Under the pieces are notes generated by a model. It was given only the letters and a program-made list of their open reading frames with translations. It did not search any database and was not told where the DNA came from. Shown one piece after another: positions 18,340 through 24,544 of a stretch of 24,544 bases of DNA. This stretch comes from a virus (taxonomy: Duplodnaviria; Heunggongvirae; Uroviricota; Caudoviricetes). Positions within the stretch are counted from its first letter, which is position 1. Every line of letters begins with the position of its first letter. The translations under genes and the position numbers were made by a program. Location: IMG/VR virus record IMGVR_UViG_2660238269_000012. One strand, given 5' to 3'.

Positions 18340-20388
18340 ATGACAGAGACAGAATCAGCGATTCTGGCGCACGCCCGGCGATGTGCGCCAGCAGAGTCGT
18401 GCGGCTTCGTGGTGAGAACGCCGGAGGGAGAGGGGAATACCAACATCTCCGGTGTCACGGTGGTGTTCCGTGCCGGTGAGCAGGAGCAGACACCGCCGGA
18501 GGGGTTTGAATCCTCCGGCTCCGAGACGGTGCTGGGTACGGAAGTGAAATATGACACGCCGATCACCCGCACCATTACGTCTGCAAACATCGACCGTCTG
18601 CGCTTTACCTTCGGTGTGCAGGCACTGGTGGAAACCACCTCAAAGGGGGACAGGAATCCGTCGGAAGTTCGCCTGCTGGTTCAGATACAACGTAACGGTG
18701 GCTGGGTGACGGAAAAAGACATCACCATTAAGGGCAAAACCACCTCGCAGTATCTGGCCTCGGTAGTGGTGGATAATCTGCCGCCGCGCCCGTTCAACAT
18801 CCGGATGCGCAGGATGACGCCGGACAGCACCACAGACCAGCTGCAGAACAAAACGCTCTGGTCGTCATACACCGAAATCATCGATGTGAAACAGTGCTAC
18901 CCGAACACGGCACTGGTCGGCGTACAGGTGGATTCGGAGCAGTTCGGCAGCCAGCAGGTGAGCCGTAATTATCATCTTCGCGGGCGTATTCTGCAGGTGC
19001 CGTCGAACTATAACCCGCAGACGCGGCAATACAGCGGTATCTGGGACGGAACGTTTAAGCCAGCATACAGCAACAACATGGCCTGGTGTCTGTGGGATAT
19101 GCTGACCCACCCGCGCTACGGCATGGGTAAACGTCTTGGTGCGGCAGATGTGGATAAATGGGCGCTGTATGTCATCGGCCAGTGTTGCGACCAGTCGGTG
19201 CCGGACGGTTTTGGCGGCACGGAGCCGCGCATCACCTGTAATGCCTGGCTGACCACACAGCGTAAGGCGTGGGATGTTCTCAGTGATTTCTGCTCGGCGA
19301 TGCGCTGTATGCCGGTATGGAACGGGCAGACGCTGACGTTCGTGCAGGACCGACCATCAGATAAGGTGTGGACCTATAACCGCAGTAATGTGGTGATGCC
19401 GGATGATGGCGCGCCGTTCCGCTACAGCTTCAGCGCCCTGAAGGACCGCCATAATGCCGTTGAGGTGAACTGGATTGACCCGGATAACGGCTGGGAGACG
19501 GCGACAGAGCTTGTGGAGGACACGCAGGCCATTGCCCGTTACGGTCGTAACGTCACGAAGATGGATGCCTTTGGCTGTACCAGGCGGGGGCAGGCGCACC
19601 GAGCCGGGCTGTGGCTGATTAAAACGGAACTGCTGGAAACGCAGACCGTGGACTTCAGCGTGGGTGCCGAAGGGCTTCGCCATGTACCAGGTGATGTCAT
19701 TGAAATCTGTGATGATGACTATGCGGGGATCAGCATCGGCGGGCGCGTGCTGGCGGTGAACAGCCAGACGCGGACACTGACGCTCGACCGTGAAATCACG
19801 CTGCCATCCTCCGGCACCACGCTGATAAGCCTGGTTGACGGGCAGGGTAATCCGGTGAGCGTGGAGGTCCAGTCCGTCACCGACGGCGTGAAGGTGAAAA
19901 TGAGCCGGGTTCCTGACGGCGTTGCCGAGTACAGCGTGTGGGGGCTGAAGCTGCCGACGCTGCGTCAGCGCCTGTTCCGCTGTGTGAGTATCCGTGAGAA
20001 CGATGACGGTACGTATGCCATCACTGCCGTGCAGCATGTACCGGAGAAAGAAGCCATCGTGGATAACGGGGCGCACTTTGACGGTGACCAGAGCGGCACG
20101 GTGAATGGTGTCACGCCGCCAGCAGTTCAGCACCTGACCGCAGAAGTCACCGCAGACAGCGGGGAATACCAGGTGCTGGCGCGCTGGGACACGCCGAAGG
20201 TGGTGAAGGGGGTGAGCTTTATGCTTCGCCTGACCGTGGCAGCGGACGACGGCAGTGAGCGGTTGGTCAGCACGGCCCGGACGACGGAAACCACATATCG
20301 CTTCACGCAGCTGGCGCTGGGAAATTACAGGCTGACAGTCCGGGCGGTAAATGCATGGGGACAGCCGGTGCACATACCCATTCGATGA
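18340..20388 (+). pseudogene. in-frame fusion of gpK N-terminus (about 30 aa) to an internal segment of the central tail fibre gpJ, which is also truncated at its C-terminus
   Basis: Starts MTETESAILAHARRCAPAESCGFVV (JAB/MPN-type K N-terminus), then from ...EG-NTNISGVTVVFRAGEQEQTPPEG... follows lambda J (roughly residues 58-640), ending with 7 non-J codons at the stf junction. Confidence 0.8.
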
Positions 20389-20663
20389 CATTTGTTTCAG
20401 GTGGTTCCAGTGGTGCTCCGGGAAGTGGATCACCTGATTATTCTAAATACAGTGTTAACACTTCTTCTGCAGGCGCTCATACGCACTCTGTATCGGGTAC
20501 TGCTGCAAGCGCAGGTGCACACGCACATACTGTCGGTATTGGTGCTCATACGCACTCCGTTGCGATTGGTTCACATGGACATACCATCACCGTTAACGCT
20601 GCTGGTAACGCGGAAAACACCGTCAAAAACATCGCATTTAACTATATTGTGAGGCTTGCGTAA
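20355..20663 (+). pseudogene. side tail fibre (Stf) C-terminal fragment with His-rich GAHTHS repeats
   Basis: ...[65 protein letters not shown] matches the lambda Stf C-terminus; joined out of frame to the J fragment. Confidence 0.8.
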
Positions 20664-21238
20664 TGGCATTCAGAATGAGTGAACAACCACGGACCATAAA
20701 AATTTATAATCTGCTGGCCGGAACTAATGAATTTATTGGTGAAGGTGACGCATATATTCCGCCTCATACAGGTCTGCCAGCAAACAGTACCGATATTGCA
20801 CCGCCAGATATTCCGGCAGGCTTCGTGGCTGTTTTCAACAGTGATGAGGCATCGTGGCATCTCGTTGAAGATCATCGGGGTAAAACGGTTTATGACGTGG
20901 CTTCCGGCGACGCGTTATTTATTTCTGAACTCGGTCCGTTACCGGAAAATGTTACCTGGTTATCGCCGGGAGGGGAATATCAGAAGTGGAACGGCACAGC
21001 CTGGGTGAAGGATACGGAAGCAGAAAAACTGTTCCGGATCCGGGAGGCGGAAGAAACAAAAAACAGCCTGATGCAGATAGCCAGTGAGCATATAGCGCCG
21101 CTTCAGGATGCTGTGGATCTGGAGATCGCAACGGAGGAAGAAACCTTGTTGCTGGAAGCCTGGAAAAAGTATCGGGTGTTGCTGAACCGTGTTGATACAT
21201 CAACTGCACCGGATATTGAATGGCCAGCACTGCCGTAG
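20663..21238 (+). CDS. tfa: tail fibre assembly protein Tfa
   Basis: 191-aa [44 protein letters not shown]..., near-identical to lambda Tfa; start overlaps the stf stop (TAATGG). Confidence 0.9.
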   Translation: MAFRMSEQPRTIKIYNLLAGTNEFIGEGDAYIPPHTGLPANSTDIAPPDIPAGFVAVFNSDEASWHLVEDHRGKTVYDVASGDALFISELGPLPENVTWLSPGGEYQKWNGTAWVKDTEAEKLFRIREAEETKNSLMQIASEHIAPLQDAVDLEIATEEETLLLEAWKKYRVLLNRVDTSTAPDIEWPALP

Positions 21239-21334
21239 GGTAAAACATATAAATTCTATAATTAGATGTATCTCTCCATTTACGGCAAGGAAGGGGCTTG
21301 GAAGACGTAAAGCATCTCACACCGAGATTATTTT

Positions 21335-21925
21335 TTATATGTCAGGTGTCTGAAGTTTTGCTTTGGCTCTTAAAATGGTTTGCCGCGAGGTTTTGAATTC
21401 CCGGGCAATGGCACTTATACTTACACCTGACTTAATTCGTTCGAATACCACCTGTTTCTGTTCTTCATTTAACACAGGTGGTCGACCAAAACGTTTCCCT
21501 GCGCCGCGGGCTCTTACTATCCCGGAATGAGTGCGTTCAAGTAAAAGGTCTCGTTCAAATTCAGCGACTGCTGAAATTACGTGCATCATCATTTTTCCTG
21601 CTGGACTGGTCAGGTCAATGCCCCCCAATGCTAAGCAATGCACTCTGATACCTGTTTCGGTCAGTTGTTCCACTGTTTTCCTGATATCCATTGCATTACA
21701 ACCAAGGCGATCCAGTTTTGTCACAATCAATTGATCACCACATTTCAGGCGAGCAAGCAACCGGTTAAAACCAGGACGCTCACTGGTTGCTGCTGAGCCG
21801 CTAATGTGTTCTTCGATTATTTGCTGAGGTTTGATTTTAAAACCTGCACTTTCGATTTCCCGGCGTTGATTTTCGGTGGTCTGATCCAGCGTTGATATCC
21901 GACAGTAAGCAAAAATTCGAGACAT
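21335..21925 (-). CDS. pinQ: serine recombinase DNA invertase (Pin/Gin/Hin family)
   Basis: 196-aa [44 protein letters not shown]...: catalytic Ser in the RISTLDQ context, C-terminal HTH. Confidence 0.9.
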   Translation of the reverse strand: MSRIFAYCRISTLDQTTENQRREIESAGFKIKPQQIIEEHISGSAATSERPGFNRLLARLKCGDQLIVTKLDRLGCNAMDIRKTVEQLTETGIRVHCLALGGIDLTSPAGKMMMHVISAVAEFERDLLLERTHSGIVRARGAGKRFGRPPVLNEEQKQVVFERIKSGVSISAIAREFKTSRQTILRAKAKLQTPDI

Positions 21926-22241
21926 AGTGAGACTCTATACGAAATTGGTGTTCATATCATAATGCATCTCAGAAAATAATTTTGATTATTTTTGTGCATA
22001 TTTGTATGTACACGTTCGAAAATAAACGAATGCGTATGCAACCCCGTAACTTTGGTGAGACCCAAAATCGATTTTGTGAAAAATGGCTTTAACTCGGTTT
22101 GTTTTTCGAGTTCCGGGCGGACTCAAGGAAGAAGAATAGTGTTGCGTGTTATTTTAACCAGATTTCAAGTTGTTTGGTCGTGGAAAAGTGGAGCAAAATG
22201 TTGTTAAAGTGGAAAAATGATAAAAAAGTAAGTTTATTATA

Positions 22242-22475
22242 TTACATTTTACCATTTAAATTTTGGTTGTCTTTAAGAACTGATATCGCTGTTTGTAATA
22301 ATTCTTTGTTATCCAGCCATGATTTTTTCTTTATGTTTCCTTCAATGTAATCAAGCAATGTTCTGGTATTGATAGGTCTTCCCTGTTTTGCTACTTCCAC
22401 TACAGCATCCCCTAGGATAATTCTGACTTCAGGAAGCTGCGCAGGGAACCACTTTAGGGTGTCTTTTGATTTCAT
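22242..22475 (-). CDS. ydfK: YdfK/YnaE-family small protein
   Basis: Start at MKSKDTLKWFPAQLPEVRIILGDAVVEVAKQGRPINTRTLLDYIEG... (77 aa); position next to pin as in Qin and Rac. Confidence 0.75.
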   Translation of the reverse strand: MKSKDTLKWFPAQLPEVRIILGDAVVEVAKQGRPINTRTLLDYIEGNIKKKSWLDNKELLQTAISVLKDNQNLNGKM

Positions 22476-23255
22476 GAATATATTCCTTAAAATATTATTG
22501 ATTTTCATTGCGATATTGTATGTCTGATTCAGGATATGTTGACTTATACATCGGTTTTGTCTGGGTTATTGGATATGCCAATCCCTAATTTTATTAGAGC
22601 ATGACTAAAAATGCTGAATATGATAAGGAGCGAAGTGATTATCAGTATGCTGTTCATATAGCCTCGAATTAGTAATGTGTTATATATGATATAGTTGACA
22701 ATTTTTATCCTGGGTGTTCTTAAAGTTCGTAGATAAACATTGTCGTTTCAGGTATACAGGAATGCTAACAGATGGCGGCAAAAATCAGGCGGTTTATGGC
22801 GCAAGCTGAAGTGGCAACTGCAAACTATCTTATGCAGAGACTCTACACGGATTAGGTTTAAAAGTATACATAGATAACAGTTTTTATCTGAAGAAGAAAA
22901 ATATCAAGGTGATATAGCCTATATGCCTTTGATGTGGAGGAATGAATGTGATGGGAGTGATGTATCTGAATAGTTGAAAAACCGCAGACACGCCTTATGC
23001 AAGAACGTGCTGCGGTTGGCTGGTAAATTTTTCGATAGTGCGAGTATTGAATGATTTCCAGCCGTTATTGATTTTACGCGTAACTCCATGAAAAAACTAC
23101 TTATCTGTTGAGGAGTTTTTTTGGGGCATATATGGGACAGAAATGGGCCCCAGATAGACACTGAGATCGAACTTAGGATGCTTTTTAAAAAATGCAACTA
23201 TCTGAAAAAACCTAGAAAACGCCAAGGAAACCACAGGATGGGAAAAAACACCTGT

Positions 23256-23269
23256 GAATTATGGATTTC
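23256..23269. repeat. attR core, direct repeat with attL
   Basis: gaattatggatttc; the ATGGATTTC overlaps the point where the ydfJ reading frame resumes. Confidence 0.7.
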
Positions 23270-24544
23270 CAGTTATATTCGCTCGGCGCAGCGTTAGTGT
23301 TTCATGAAATATTTTTTCCTGAATCATCAACGGCAATGGCGTTAATTCTGGCAATGGGAACCTACGGTGCAGGTTATGTGGCGCGTATTGTCGGAGCATT
23401 TATTTTCGGCAAAATGGGCGACAGAATAGGGCGTAAAAAAGTGCTCTTTATTACCATCACCATGATGGGGATCTGTACCACCTTAATTGGTGTGTTACCG
23501 ACCTATGCACAGATTGGTGTTTTTGCACCCATCTTGCTGGTGACGTTGCGTATTATTCAGGGGTTGGGTGCAGGTGCGGAAATTTCCGGTGCCGGTACGA
23601 TGCTGGCGGAATATGCGCCAAAAGGTAAGCGCGGAATTATCTCCTCATTTGTGGCTATGGGAACTAACTGCGGAACCTTGAGCGCAACGGCAATCTGGGC
23701 CTTTATGTTCTTCATTCTCAGTAAAGAGGAACTGCTGGCGTGGGGATGGCGTATACCGTTCCTGGCGAGTGTTGTCGTGATGGTCTTTGCTATCTGGTTG
23801 CGTATGAATCTGAAAGAAAGCCCGGTCTTTGAGAAGGTTAACGACAGTAACCAACCGACAGCAAAACCTGCACCTGCTGGTAGCATGTTCCAGAGCAAAT
23901 CCTTCTGGCTGGCAACAGGGCTGCGTTTTGGTCAGGCGGGTAACTCCGGGTTAATTCAGACTTTCCTTGCAGGCTATTTAGTGCAGACGTTATTGTTTAA
24001 CAAAGCAATTCCAACAGATGCATTGATGATCAGTTCGATTCTCGGCTTTATGACCATTCCGTTCCTTGGTTGGTTATCCGATAAAATTGGTCGCCGGATC
24101 CCGTATATTATTATGAATACCTCCGCGATTGTGCTGGCATGGCCAATGCTTTCTATCATTGTAGATAAAAGCTATGCCCCGAGCACCATTATGGTTGCAC
24201 TGATTGTGATTCATAACTGTGCGGTGCTGGGATTATTTGCTCTGGAAAACATTACCATGGCAGAAATGTTCGGCTGTAAAAACCGCTTTACCCGGATGGC
24301 TATTTCTAAAGAAATTGGTGGTCTTATCGCTTCCGGTTTTGGTCCTATCCTGGCGGGTATTTTCTGCACCATGACGGAATCCTGGTATCCGATCGCCATT
24401 ATGATCATGGCATATTCAGTGATTGGTTTAATCTCTGCGCTGAAAATGCCAGAGGTGAAAGACCGTGATTTAAGTGCGCTGGAAGACGCTGCGGAAGATC
24501 AACCGCGTGTTGTAAGAGCTGCGCAACCTTCCAGAAGTCTGTAA
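23261..24544 (+). pseudogene. ydfJ: 3' portion of MFS transporter ydfJ (ProP-like), separated from its 5' end by the prophage
   Basis: 427-aa ORF with MFS signatures (GKMGDRIGRKKV loop motif, multiple TM segments, WGWRIPF); lacks the first 28 codons, which are at 58..141. Confidence 0.85.

Noticed and set aside
19357-20433. 358-aa ORF on the minus strand
   Set aside because: Lies entirely antisense to the lambda J-homologous coding sequence, whose identity is strongly supported; long antisense ORFs are expected in GC-rich coding DNA; no SD or recognisable domain.
21239-21334. Possible Pin crossover site; minus-strand ttccttgccgtaaatgg partly resembles a gix half-site TTCCTGTAAACC
   Set aside because: The match needs an insertion and has no inverted partner nearby; not enough to call a recombination site.
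22919-23197. 92-aa ORF on the minus strand near attR
   Set aside because: No SD, Ser/Leu-rich low-complexity translation, not recognisable; treated as non-coding.
23557-23898. 113-aa and 69-aa ORFs on the minus strand
   Set aside because: Antisense to the ydfJ MFS transporter coding region.

Overview
The window holds a complete but degraded lambdoid prophage of about 23.1 kb, closely resembling the E. coli K-12 Qin cryptic prophage, inserted in the MFS transporter gene ydfJ. The 5' end of ydfJ is at 58..168 and the rest at 23261..24544; an imperfect 14-15 bp direct repeat (136..150 and 23256..23269) marks attL and attR. Gene order follows the lambda prophage map: int, xis, a 677-aa DEDDh-exonuclease fusion protein, an IS-scarred region (complete IS911 abutting a 5'-truncated IS256-family transposase), flxA, ydfV, relBE-hokD, rem, ydfU, Q antiterminator with a PR'/tR'-like promoter-terminator pair, cold-shock genes cspF/cspB/cspI around a pinholin/SAR-endolysin/spanin lysis cassette, ynfN, gnsB, ydfO, ynfO, a lambda-identical cos site with Nu1, then a morphogenesis module collapsed by three deletions (A'/L, K'::J', J'/stf'), tfa, pin and ydfK. 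All gene identifications rest on recognising the translated ORFs and DNA motifs by eye from memory; no database search was run. I did not find a convincing novel defence system. The most unusual items are the exonuclease fusion protein, the microhomology deletion scars, the IS911 without target duplication, and a few small ORFs.
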